A stretch of DNA of 64,000 nucleotides from Nitrosopumilus sp. (GTDB taxonomy: Archaea; Thermoproteota; Nitrososphaeria; Nitrososphaerales; Nitrosopumilaceae), in contig OZ245003.1 in the NCBI GenBank assembly GCA_965223425.1, forward strand, positions 2,208,001 through 2,272,000. Reading direction: 5' to 3'. Below are positions 19,763 to 28,569 of this stretch, in pieces. The notes beneath the pieces are model-generated. The model did not search any database, had not been told where the DNA came from, and was given only the letters and a program-made list of their open reading frames with translations. A program made the translations under genes and the position numbers. Positions within the stretch are counted from its first letter, which is position 1; each line of letters begins with the position of its first letter.

Positions 19763-19995
19763 CTGTCAGACTCTCCTGTCCTCTTCTTCTTCTCTTACCA
19801 TTACTGCTGCTAATCCTTCCACCCCCCCCCCCGATGTCAGGCAACATTGTGGCAGGGAAGGCAAGACTACAGCAGGAATGACAGAGGCGCAATACGGCTA
19901 GCGACGGCTTCTTGAAAGCAGATAACTGAAAGGTGTGGTTCAACAACAAGATGTTTTTAAGATCGTATTTATAAATTTGGTTTGGCTTGAGATCG

Positions 19996-20634
19996 TCAGG
20001 CATGGTACGAGGCGTGGCTGTGCCTTGAGGCATTGACAAGGTTAACAAAATACACGTGTAATGAAATATCCTCGGTGAGTTCGGGATGAAAGGAAGTACC
20101 AATCACATTTCCCTTTTTGACGGCAACTATTCTTTCATTAAATTTTGAGAGGACTTTGACATCAGGACCGACATCAGAAACAGACGGCGCCCTGATAAAG
20201 ACTCCAGCAAATTTTGGAATGCCAATCGAGTCCATTGACACGTCGGCCTCAAAGGATTCGCGCTGTCGTCCAAAGGAATTCCTTTCTAGTTTGATGTCAA
20301 GGATGCCCAACAGGGGCTGACCGGTTTTTCCCATTACACGATCATCGGCAGTCTTTGATAGCATGATCATGCCGGCACAAATTCCAAGCGTAGGCATTCC
20401 GTTCTCGATCTTCTCTTTTAAAACCCTCAACGAGCCGTTTACCAAAGAAAGTTGTCCGATAGTGGTACTTTCACCACCAGGCATTATCAACCCATCTAGC
20501 TGAGAGATTTCTTCAGGAGTTTTTACATCAGTTACTTTTCCATCGATACCTAGATCATTGAGGGCAGAGCGAGTAGACCGGAGATTTTCTTGAACGTCAC
20601 CCTGAATAGATAAAACTCCAACGTTAAGACTCAT
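19996..20634 (-). CDS. pdxT: pyridoxal 5'-phosphate synthase glutaminase subunit
   Basis: PGGEST, GICAG, RNSFGRQ, FIRAP, FHPE. Confidence 0.96.
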   Translation of the reverse strand: MSLNVGVLSIQGDVQENLRSTRSALNDLGIDGKVTDVKTPEEISQLDGLIMPGGESTTIGQLSLVNGSLRVLKEKIENGMPTLGICAGMIMLSKTADDRVMGKTGQPLLGILDIKLERNSFGRQRESFEADVSMDSIGIPKFAGVFIRAPSVSDVGPDVKVLSKFNERIVAVKKGNVIGTSFHPELTEDISLHVYFVNLVNASRHSHASYHA

Positions 20635-21599
20635 GAAGATCCGCCACGTTCTTGCATACGCAATTCTAAGGTATCTACATCCAATCCCAGCATAGACTGT
20701 CTTTCGTCAATCATTTTTTGGGCTTCTTTAACTTTGTCAGATTCGTTCCAAAAAGTGGTAGCCAGAACTATTGCCCGTGCCCTTTCCTTTGCATCATCAG
20801 CATTAAAAATTCCAGAGCCGACGAAAATTCCGTCACATCCAAGAGACATAAGATATGCCGCATCTGCAGGGGTTGCAATTCCGCCTGCAGCAAAATTTAC
20901 AACAGGCAATCTTCCAAGTTTTGCAGTTTGTTCAACAATATCATATGACACTTTGAATTCTCTTGCCGTTCTTACCAAATCTTGATTATCTCCAGAATCA
21001 TAAATTGATTTTATTGTTCTTAGTTCGTCATTAACTTTTTTGATATGAGTAACAGCTTCTGCAACATTTCCTGTTCCGGGTTCTCCCTTTGTTCTAATCA
21101 TGGCTGCACCTTCTTCGATTCTTCGCAAAGCTTCGGCCAAGGATCTTGCACCATTTACAAAGGGCGTTGTAAAATCCCATTTCCAAATGTGATGAGACTC
21201 GTCAGCGGGAGTTAAAACCTCAGATTCATCAATCATGTCAACGCCAGTTTCCTGTAGAACTAGCGCCTCATTGACGTGGCCAATTCTACATTTAGCCATG
21301 ACGGGTATTGTTACTGAGCTCATAATTTCTTCAATAATTCTAATACTTGCAGTACGCGCAACGCCTCCTGCTTTTCTAACTTCAGATGGGAGTTTGTCCA
21401 AAACCATTACAGAGACTGCTCCGGCCTCCTCGGCAGTTTGAGCTTGTTCTACAGTTGTAACATCCATTACTACCCCGTTCTTCAACATATGGGCAAGACC
21501 ACGTTTAACAGTAGATGAACCACGCAGGATATCAGCAGAGTCTGCCTTTTCAGAAACTATACCTTTAGCATCATCTCGTTCACCAGATAATGGAAGCAT
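20631..21599 (-). CDS. pdxS: pyridoxal 5'-phosphate synthase lyase subunit
   Basis: [42 protein letters not shown]. Confidence 0.97.
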   Translation of the reverse strand: MLPLSGERDDAKGIVSEKADSADILRGSSTVKRGLAHMLKNGVVMDVTTVEQAQTAEEAGAVSVMVLDKLPSEVRKAGGVARTASIRIIEEIMSSVTIPVMAKCRIGHVNEALVLQETGVDMIDESEVLTPADESHHIWKWDFTTPFVNGARSLAEALRRIEEGAAMIRTKGEPGTGNVAEAVTHIKKVNDELRTIKSIYDSGDNQDLVRTAREFKVSYDIVEQTAKLGRLPVVNFAAGGIATPADAAYLMSLGCDGIFVGSGIFNADDAKERARAIVLATTFWNESDKVKEAQKMIDERQSMLGLDVDTLELRMQERGGSS

Positions 21600-21629
21600 G
21601 TTCTAATTTTCACTAGAGGCTATTTGTAC

Positions 21630-22163
21630 CTATTCACCAATGTTAGATACGATTTGATCTAGTTCGGATTCAACCATAGTGATTATTGGCGGAATGAATT
21701 GTGCTGTAGCGTTTTGTTCAGGCCAGTGGATTTGGTTGACTCGTCCGTTAAGAGTTACCTTAACATTTGATTTTTGATAGTCAGTAACATTGTCTAGAAT
21801 CAGAAACGATTCTGATGGAATTGATATGAAGCCAGTTTCTTTGATTAACGCCTTTATTTTGTTAAGCTTTGTTTCATCTAATTTAGAACGAATATCAGGT
21901 TGGAGATATCCTTGTTCAGTTACAGAGTATTTCAAATCACCATTGTTTTTGATAAAAAGAATTTCGGTTTGTTGAGCACCTACTCGTTCTGTAATACCAT
22001 AAGAAATTTTCTTTAACTGGTGTTTGGTATATTCAATTTCAATATTATCGTAAGAATTTGCCGCAGAGATTGGAATTTCGTTTTTTGTAAGCAATGGAAC
22101 TGAAATTAAAAGTGCCACAATTACCGGAATGGCGCCTAACGCAAGATGAATTTTTTTTACCAT
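21630..22163 (-). CDS. membrane-anchored/secreted hypothetical protein
   Basis: 177-aa ORF with hydrophobic N-terminus. Confidence 0.75.
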   Translation of the reverse strand: MVKKIHLALGAIPVIVALLISVPLLTKNEIPISAANSYDNIEIEYTKHQLKKISYGITERVGAQQTEILFIKNNGDLKYSVTEQGYLQPDIRSKLDETKLNKIKALIKETGFISIPSESFLILDNVTDYQKSNVKVTLNGRVNQIHWPEQNATAQFIPPIITMVESELDQIVSNIGE

Positions 22164-22253
22164 GATTGATGATCAAGTGCAAATTCATGCTAATCTCAAT
22201 TAAATCTTGGTTAAAAATAACTTAAAATTCGAGTCTATTTCATTCTTGTTCGT

Positions 22254-22406
22254 GGGGTCGTAGCCTAGCCTGGTAGGGCGACAGTGTCTACGAATAGATC
22301 ACCGCTAAGGGCTCCAGAGGTAAACTAAGCTAAGCTGACTCACGGATGATGTAAGTTTGGAGCTGTAGTGACCCGTAGGTCGCCGGTTCGATTCCGGTCG
22401 GCCCCA
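22254..22406 (+). tRNA. tRNA-Trp(CCA) with two introns (~22283-22308 and ~22318-22370)
   Basis: Acceptor GGGGTCG/CGGCCCC, T-arm GCCGGTTCGATTCCGGT; removing both inserts gives anticodon arm ACGGG-CTCCAGA-CCCGT. Confidence 0.88.
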
Positions 22407-22417
22407 CGTTAAAAATT

Positions 22418-24685
22418 CTATTGATTATTTCTCAAAACATTCAGTGCAGAACCGGCTTTGAACCATTCAACTTGAGGTTTGTTGTATGAGTGGCTTAACA
22501 AAATTTCTTCTTTGGTTCCATCACTATGTGAGACAACACATTTGACTTGCCTGTGTGGTTCCAATCCATTCAAACCAAGTAAGCTGATTTTATCGTCTTC
22601 AAGAATTTTGTTGTAGTCTTCTGGATCACTGAAGGTTAGCGCCAAGATTCCCTGTTTCTTTAGATTAGTTTCATGTATTCTAGCCAGGCTTTTTGCAATA
22701 ACTGCAACGCATCCCAAATATCTTGGAGTCATTGCAGCATGCTCTCTGCTACTGCCCTCACCATAATTATTGTCGCCGATAATCCCCCATTTCATTTGTT
22801 TTTCTTTGTACTGTCTTGCAGTTTTTGAAAACGGCTCAAGTTGGTCGGTTAGAATATTCTTGCCATGGCCTACTTTATCGCTGAATGCATTAACTGCTCC
22901 TAATAACATATTATCGCTTAGATTATCCAGATGTCCTCGCAGAGACAGCCATGCACCTGCAGGAGAAATATGATCCGTGGTACATTTGCCACTAGCCTTT
23001 ACCATGATTGGTATTTCTTCATGGTCTTTTCCATCCCATTTTGGAAAAGGTTCCAAACGTTGCAGTCTCTTACTGTTAGGATCAATGATAACGTCAACAT
23101 CATCGGAATTCTCAGGCGGCGCAACAAAAATTCCTTCAGGTCTTACAAACCCCTCTTCAGGCACTTCTGGCGCAGGTTTTGGTGGTTCAAGTTTGAATGC
23201 TGTTCCATCAGATGCAGTTAACTCGTCTTTCAATGGATTAAAGGAGAGTTTTCCTCCCAAAGCTAAGGCAATGATCATTTCAGGACTTCCAATAAAATTC
23301 AAAGTACTTCGATGGCCGTCATTACGTCCAGGAAAATTTCTGTTAAATGTCGTGACAATGGTATTTGTTTGGTCTTCACCTAACTCAGGTCTGCTCCATT
23401 GGCCAATACAAGGACCGCAAGCATTTGCCAAAACAGTTGCGCCAATTTCTTTTAGAGAATCCATTTGGCCATCTCGCTCAATAGTCCCTCGAATTTGTTC
23501 AGAACCAGGAGTCACCAATAGAGGAATCTTAGCTTTGATTCCTTTTGCTTTTGCTTGTTCGGCCAAGTTTGCTGCCCGTGACATGTCTTCATAAGATGAA
23601 TTTGTGCAACTGCCAATTAGTGCAACAGAGATTGGATCAACATAGTCATTGGATTTTACATCATCAGCTAATTCGGAAATCGTTCTTGCCAAATCAGGAG
23701 TATGAGGTCCGACAATACGGGGTTCTAATTTTGAAAGGTTGATTTCAATAACTTGATCAAAGAAATTTTCAGGGTTTGTTTCTACTTTGGGATCGGCAAC
23801 AAGCGATTCTTTATTTTGGTTTGCTAACTCAGCTATGTCCCCTTTGTTGGTATATCTTAGATAGGTTTCCATTCTTTTGTCATAAGGGAAGACTGAACAA
23901 GTTGCACCAATTTCAGCCCCCATGTTGGTAACTGTGGCCTTGCCAGTACAGCTGATAGACTCGGTTCCAGGTCCGAAATACTCAACTATAGAATTAGTAC
24001 CGCCTGAAACTGTTAGTTCTTCGGCAACTTTGAGTATGATATCTTTTGGAGCTGTCCATCCATTTAGTTCTCCAGTCAGTTTTACACCGATTCGTTTGGG
24101 ATAAAGTAGCTCCCAAGGCATGCCTGCCATAGTTTCAGCTGCATCTAGTCCACCAACTCCAATGGCAATCATTCCAAGGCCACCAGCGTTTGGGGTATGA
24201 GAATCAGTACCAATCATCAATCCACCAGGAAATGCATAGTTTTCAAGAACCACTTGATGGATGATTCCAGCACCAGGCTTCCAAAAACCACATCCAAATT
24301 TTGCTGCAGCAGATTGCAGGAATTTGAAAACTTCGCTATTTTCATCAAGAGAAACTTTCATGTCAGCATCACCTTGAACTTCAGCTCTAATGAGATGATC
24401 ACAGTGTACAGTTGTTGGCAAAGCTGTTTGTTTAAGACCGGCCTGCATGAATTGAAGCATTACCATTTGACCTGTAACATCTTGTAATGCAACTCTATCA
24501 GGTTTGAGAAAAACATAGTCTTTTCCACCAACAAAACTTTTGTCAGTCATTTCGTTAAAATGGCCAGATAAAATTTTCTCAGTAAGTGTAAGTGGTTTTC
24601 CAACAATGTTTCTATATTTTACAATATTTTCTTTTAATTTCAGATATACTTTTGAAACAAGTTCAGAAGTAGTGTCAATTTCCAT
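22418..24685 (-). CDS. acnA: aconitate hydratase
   Basis: VHCDH, GTDSHT, IGSCTN, ACGPCIGQW, FNRNF, TTDHISPAG, YGEGSSREHA. Confidence 0.95.
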   Translation of the reverse strand: MEIDTTSELVSKVYLKLKENIVKYRNIVGKPLTLTEKILSGHFNEMTDKSFVGGKDYVFLKPDRVALQDVTGQMVMLQFMQAGLKQTALPTTVHCDHLIRAEVQGDADMKVSLDENSEVFKFLQSAAAKFGCGFWKPGAGIIHQVVLENYAFPGGLMIGTDSHTPNAGGLGMIAIGVGGLDAAETMAGMPWELLYPKRIGVKLTGELNGWTAPKDIILKVAEELTVSGGTNSIVEYFGPGTESISCTGKATVTNMGAEIGATCSVFPYDKRMETYLRYTNKGDIAELANQNKESLVADPKVETNPENFFDQVIEINLSKLEPRIVGPHTPDLARTISELADDVKSNDYVDPISVALIGSCTNSSYEDMSRAANLAEQAKAKGIKAKIPLLVTPGSEQIRGTIERDGQMDSLKEIGATVLANACGPCIGQWSRPELGEDQTNTIVTTFNRNFPGRNDGHRSTLNFIGSPEMIIALALGGKLSFNPLKDELTASDGTAFKLEPPKPAPEVPEEGFVRPEGIFVAPPENSDDVDVIIDPNSKRLQRLEPFPKWDGKDHEEIPIMVKASGKCTTDHISPAGAWLSLRGHLDNLSDNMLLGAVNAFSDKVGHGKNILTDQLEPFSKTARQYKEKQMKWGIIGDNNYGEGSSREHAAMTPRYLGCVAVIAKSLARIHETNLKKQGILALTFSDPEDYNKILEDDKISLLGLNGLEPHRQVKCVVSHSDGTKEEILLSHSYNKPQVEWFKAGSALNVLRNNQ

Positions 24686-24835
24686 ATGATGCGATAAATT
24701 TATCCCGAATTTAATATTTACAATTTAAAAATTAGAAAAAACATTCCAATAGGCATGCAAATTTCTTAACAATTATAAGCCAAAAGTAGCTTTCCAAGTG
24801 AGTGTTGTGGAGTTACAAGTTTTCTAAAGTGAGGT

Positions 24836-25474
24836 TTGAGTATGGTCAATAAGGGTTTTCCAAAATTTGGCATGTCACAAGCAGGAGCATTTGTTGCTGC
24901 GCTAAAAAACTACAATTTACCTGATTTTATTCTGGTATTAATTGCAAAAGAGTGCAAATCAGATCTTCTTGAAAGGGGCAGAATTGATGACAGATTACAG
25001 AGTATGAATGACGGGGCTTTGGAACTGTTACACAAAGTTTTTGTCGGGTGTGAAGAAGACAGCGCAGGAAAATACGCACAGTACAGATTCTATGCATACG
25101 TTTCAAGCATGTATCATAAATGCGAAGTTCTAGTAAATGAAACAATTCCAGGTGCAAAAGGTAAAAATCATAAAATTCCTGTTGCAGTAAAAAATAATGG
25201 AATGTACATTGCAGTTGCATATAACAAGGCAACTGGAAACCCTGTTAACAAAAAAGAGACAACCAGATTTTATGAAATGGTAGATGATATCAAGAAAGGT
25301 GAACATGGAACAATGCTTACTGATGCAATTTATGGCGCTTCAGTAGGTTTTAGAGGCGATGCGTTAGTAGAGCTTGAAAACTTGAGTAAATCAAGAAATG
25401 ATGATCCTGAAAATATGTTAAATTTTAAAACAGCAAACTTTGAAAATAATATTTATTCTGTCACAAAGTGTTAG
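24836..25474 (+). CDS. conserved hypothetical protein
   Basis: 212-aa ORF with host-like codon usage. Confidence 0.75.
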   Translation: MSMVNKGFPKFGMSQAGAFVAALKNYNLPDFILVLIAKECKSDLLERGRIDDRLQSMNDGALELLHKVFVGCEEDSAGKYAQYRFYAYVSSMYHKCEVLVNETIPGAKGKNHKIPVAVKNNGMYIAVAYNKATGNPVNKKETTRFYEMVDDIKKGEHGTMLTDAIYGASVGFRGDALVELENLSKSRNDDPENMLNFKTANFENNIYSVTKC

Positions 25475-25480
25475 TTAGGA

Positions 25481-26050
25481 TTATTTTAGATTTAGCTGTG
25501 ATGTATCCATTGCCAAAAACATAGGCTTGCCATCAGTTTTTTGAAAGTTTTCATCAAACTGTTCAAATTCTAACTGTTCAAACAGGTGCTTTGTCCAAAT
25601 GTCATGAACTACCTGAATGAATTTTTTATGTCCGGCAATCCGTAACATCTCATGAAGCAATTCATGGGATACTGTAGTGCAGTTTTTTTCTGCAAGAAAT
25701 AACGTATCATGTGATTCTTTAAGTGGCTGCCAAAACACCATTCCAAAATTTTCAGCGTGATATCCCTCACAAGTACAATCAGTCCACAATGGTCGGAAAT
25801 GAGTCAGATAGAAATGGTAAATGTCTTTTCCTCGTTGTTCATGATCACGTACAAGAGTATTGGTATCAAGTCTTTGAAGAATGCTTCCAGGCTTTGTGAT
25901 TAATTCATCACATTGAATTTCATAGTCTTTTCCAAACTTTTCTTTAATCCATGCCTTGTAAAACTGGCCCATTTTTTTAACGTATTCAAATTCAAACTGA
26001 CGTTTTTCTCGATCTTCTTCTTTTACAACGAAAATAAAATGTAAAATCAT
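25481..26050 (-). CDS. hypothetical protein with HExxH (zincin-like) motif
   Basis: VSHELLHEMLR motif. Confidence 0.7.
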   Translation of the reverse strand: MILHFIFVVKEEDREKRQFEFEYVKKMGQFYKAWIKEKFGKDYEIQCDELITKPGSILQRLDTNTLVRDHEQRGKDIYHFYLTHFRPLWTDCTCEGYHAENFGMVFWQPLKESHDTLFLAEKNCTTVSHELLHEMLRIAGHKKFIQVVHDIWTKHLFEQLEFEQFDENFQKTDGKPMFLAMDTSQLNLK

Positions 26051-26068
26051 AGTAAGAAAAAGTGGGGT

Positions 26069-26308
26069 TTATGTTTGGCCTTCAATACCCATCAGGGTAA
26101 GGGTTGAACGAATCTTTTCAATTTTTCTGATCTTCCAAGTAATGGTTTCTCTAAGTTTTTCCACGGTATCAGACTCTATCTTGGCCAAAATATCGTATGC
26201 GCCAAAAGTTCCATGAACTTCTTTAACACCGTCCAGGCTCTTTAGTTGCTGAATTATAGCTTCTTCTGAACCTAGTTCACAGTTTATTAAAACATAAGCT
26301 GTTGCCAT
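26069..26308 (-). CDS. Lrp/AsnC ligand-binding (RAM) domain protein
   Basis: AYVLINCELG...VHGTFGAYDILAKI...IRSTLTL. Confidence 0.9.
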   Translation of the reverse strand: MATAYVLINCELGSEEAIIQQLKSLDGVKEVHGTFGAYDILAKIESDTVEKLRETITWKIRKIEKIRSTLTLMGIEGQT

Positions 26309-26338
26309 GAATTAATTAAACAAATCGACTATATCAAT

Positions 26339-26440
26339 GTGAAGACAGAGGCTCGAATCAGAAAAAGGCTGTTTGAGGAAGATGCAGTAAGGACAATAGC
26401 TGCATTGCCTGAAAAGTTGTTTTATGGAAGCCTGCACTAA
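26339..26440 (+). pseudogene. short fragment resembling type I R-M methyltransferase (HsdM)
   Basis: Manual translation EARIRKRLFEEDAVRTIAALPEKLFYG resembles the E..IRK.L.E.D....I..LP.KLFY segment of N-6 DNA methylases. Confidence 0.45.
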
Positions 26441-26682
26441 AGACAGTTAATGTCTCAGAGAAGGGGCAGATTACAATTCCTCGGGAAATTCAAACGTTGT
26501 TGGGAATAAAAAAAGGAGACAGGCTTGTACTTGCAACAAAAAACAAAAAGCTTTTGATTCAAAAGGCTGCAAATTTGGAAAAACAGATGGAATCTGATTT
26601 CAAGGACTTGTTAAAACTATCTGAGGAGACTGCAAAAGAAATGTGGGGCAATAAAGATGACAAAATATGGAATAAGGTTTAG
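26433..26682 (+). pseudogene. AbrB/MazE-type antitoxin, start lost, no cognate toxin
   Basis: In-frame upstream extension gives KTVNVSEKGQITIPREIQTLLGIKKGD, a classic AbrB fold; no in-frame ATG seen. Confidence 0.7.
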
Positions 26683-26745
26683 GCTAGTGTAAAACATACA
26701 ACAGGCATTGCAATTAATAAAAAAACACTACAAAAATCCCAATAA

Positions 26746-27899
26746 TAGTGATGCCATAGTTAGCACATTAAATAATTGAACATTTTCACAGGCAGGATCT
26801 CCTTTCTGGCAAACAGCTTGCGTACTGACTGCTCCATCTCATCTAGCGTGCCAAACACCTTTGCAGACAGTACCCGTTTTATCACCCTCCACTGCATCTC
26901 AATGGGATTAAGCTCCGGCGTGTACGGCAGCAGGTACTCCAGAACTATCTCGCCGTTGTATCTTTCCAGAAACTCCTTTACCTTTTTGGATTTGTGATAT
27001 GACGCATTGTCTACAAACAGCAGCACCTTGCCGAATCTTTTGTGAACCCGTTCCAAAAAGTTGCAAAAGCTGTCGCTGTTTGACTTTTCATAAAACATAA
27101 AGTAAAATGCGTTTGCCGCCAAAGCTCCAAAGATGTATCTTCTTTCGCGTGACAAAACAGAGGGGGATGTGGCGCGCTTGCCGCGCCTTCTCCACCCGTA
27201 GCCGGGCCTGTTTGATGCCTTTTGAATCGAGGATGCATCGCCGGCCAGTACGGTGTATCCCTGCGCCGACTTTTCTGCAACGAGTTTTTTTGCCCGCTCC
27301 TGAAACTCTTTTTGCTTTCTTTTTGAGGCTGATCTTGGGTTTTTTGGACGCGCCTTGCTCCACGAAAAGCCCATCTCCCTGACCAGCTGCAGCGCGCCTG
27401 TCTTGCTGTACTGCACGCCGAACTTTTTCTTGATGTGCAGCCTTACCAGGTTGGAATCCCACAGGCTGCTCTCAAAGCCGCATGATTCCGGCCCCGCATC
27501 CAGGTCTGCTGCAAGCTGTCTTGCCTGCGGCCCGCCTATCAGGTGCTTTCGTCCCCTGCCGCTGCGCTCGAACCTTGCGCGTATTCCCTCGTCCTGTGCG
27601 CGGTTGAGCCATGCAGATATGGTGGACTTGGGCCTTCCCAGCATCCTTCCAATCCTGTCTAGCGGCACGCCGTCCTTGCGCTGCATGTACGCAAGCAGCC
27701 TGTCGCGCCTTCTGGGATCGGTCTCTTTTTTGTATGCCCTTTTGAGGTCTGCAACGGCCGGTGTTTGGCAGAAATTTTGCCCCCCTTGCAACCTGTCTCT
27801 TTTTTTGTTTGTACATGCAGTGTGTGCGGTATGGCCGGTCTTGGATCTTTTGGCCAAAAATAATTGTCAAAATGGTTCAGGTTTTTTATGTACTTACTA
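26746..27899 (-). mobile_element. IS630-family element B
   Basis: Ends TAGTGATGCCATAG / TTATGTACTTACTA (weak IR) around a GC-rich transposase gene. Confidence 0.8.
26760..27857 (-). CDS. IS630-family transposase
   Basis: GDAS, FVDNASYHKS, LLPYTPELNPIE motifs. Confidence 0.92.
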   Translation of the reverse strand: MAKRSKTGHTAHTACTNKKRDRLQGGQNFCQTPAVADLKRAYKKETDPRRRDRLLAYMQRKDGVPLDRIGRMLGRPKSTISAWLNRAQDEGIRARFERSGRGRKHLIGGPQARQLAADLDAGPESCGFESSLWDSNLVRLHIKKKFGVQYSKTGALQLVREMGFSWSKARPKNPRSASKRKQKEFQERAKKLVAEKSAQGYTVLAGDASSIQKASNRPGYGWRRRGKRATSPSVLSRERRYIFGALAANAFYFMFYEKSNSDSFCNFLERVHKRFGKVLLFVDNASYHKSKKVKEFLERYNGEIVLEYLLPYTPELNPIEMQWRVIKRVLSAKVFGTLDEMEQSVRKLFARKEILPVKMFNYLMC

Positions 27900-27916
27900 C
27901 AGTAAACCGATTGTAC

Positions 27917-28336
27917 TTAGTTTTGAGAAATCTTCAAGATTGCATCCCAGATTTGTTTTGGCACTGGCATCACAGATAATCTTGAAATTCTAATTAATTC
28001 CCAATCTCTGAATTTTTTTTCTTTTTTCATTTCATCAAGTGTCACTGGACGTTTCAATGTTTTTTTGTATTTAACGTCCACAACAATAAAGCGTTCATTG
28101 TCTTCCTTTGGATTTGGATAGGGTTTTGAAGTAACTTGCATAATGCCAACAGCTTGTCTTTCATCACCGGTATGATAAAACAAGACAAGATCTCCAGGTT
28201 TCATTTCTCTCATGTGTTTTAATGCAAGATTATTGTGGATTCCGTCCCAAACTGTTGTTTTTTCTTTTTTTAGTCGTTCAAAATTATATCCTCTGGGTCC
28301 GCTAGGTTCTTGTTTTGCTAACCAGTAATTTGCCAT
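27917..28336 (-). CDS. EVE domain protein
   Basis: Likely start MANYWLAKQEP; WDGIHN, MKPGDLVLFYH, RLSVMPV. Confidence 0.9.
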   Translation of the reverse strand: MANYWLAKQEPSGPRGYNFERLKKEKTTVWDGIHNNLALKHMREMKPGDLVLFYHTGDERQAVGIMQVTSKPYPNPKEDNERFIVVDVKYKKTLKRPVTLDEMKKEKKFRDWELIRISRLSVMPVPKQIWDAILKISQN

Positions 28337-28379
28337 TTTCAGTTTTCTGTATTTGCATGGATGTTTTATGTTTTTGAAT

Positions 28380-28535
28380 TGTCCCCCGGTTCTGACTCGC
28401 ACAAGATCATTGGTATTTAGCCAAAACCTCCTTGGGTTCTAAAACCGGGGCGCCCTCAATGTGCCATGCCTGGGTGAATTGGAAATCATTGGTATCATTA
28501 CGATCGACATCATCCCAATCCGTCTGCATGGTTGC
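28380..28535 (-). ncRNA. candidate two-hairpin box H/ACA guide RNA
   Basis: Hairpin 1 CCATGC...GCATGG followed by CACA; hairpin 2 CCCCGGTTTT...AGAACCGGGG followed by GACA; internal-loop pockets and TGA/GA K-turn-like elements. Confidence 0.6.
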
Positions 28536-28569
28536 TCTTAGGGCATACAGTATTCTACTTGGTCAAATA

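Larger units (their letters stand above)
9400..20000. mobile_element. GC-rich genomic island (surface-protein locus plus IS630) between valS and pdxT; boundaries approximate
   Basis: Abrupt visible shift to GC-rich sequence just after the valS stop and back again near the pdxT 3' end. Confidence 0.6.

Noticed and set aside
11268-19813. Many plus-strand ORFs inside the giant gene
   Set aside because: Antisense shadows of a GC-rich, repetitive coding sequence; no independent motifs.
9397-20004. CATGCCTG/CAGGCATG 8-bp inverted pair as island termini
   Set aside because: Too short to distinguish from chance, and no flanking target duplication seen.
19635-20102. Translational phase variation fusing the poly-G ORF to the giant gene
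   Set aside because: An in-frame TGA lies two codons upstream of the giant gene's TTG, so no G-tract length can create a fusion.
28337-28402. N-terminal extension of the EVE protein in the ORF track
   Set aside because: The domain starts at MANYWL, and the extension overlaps the candidate H/ACA RNA.
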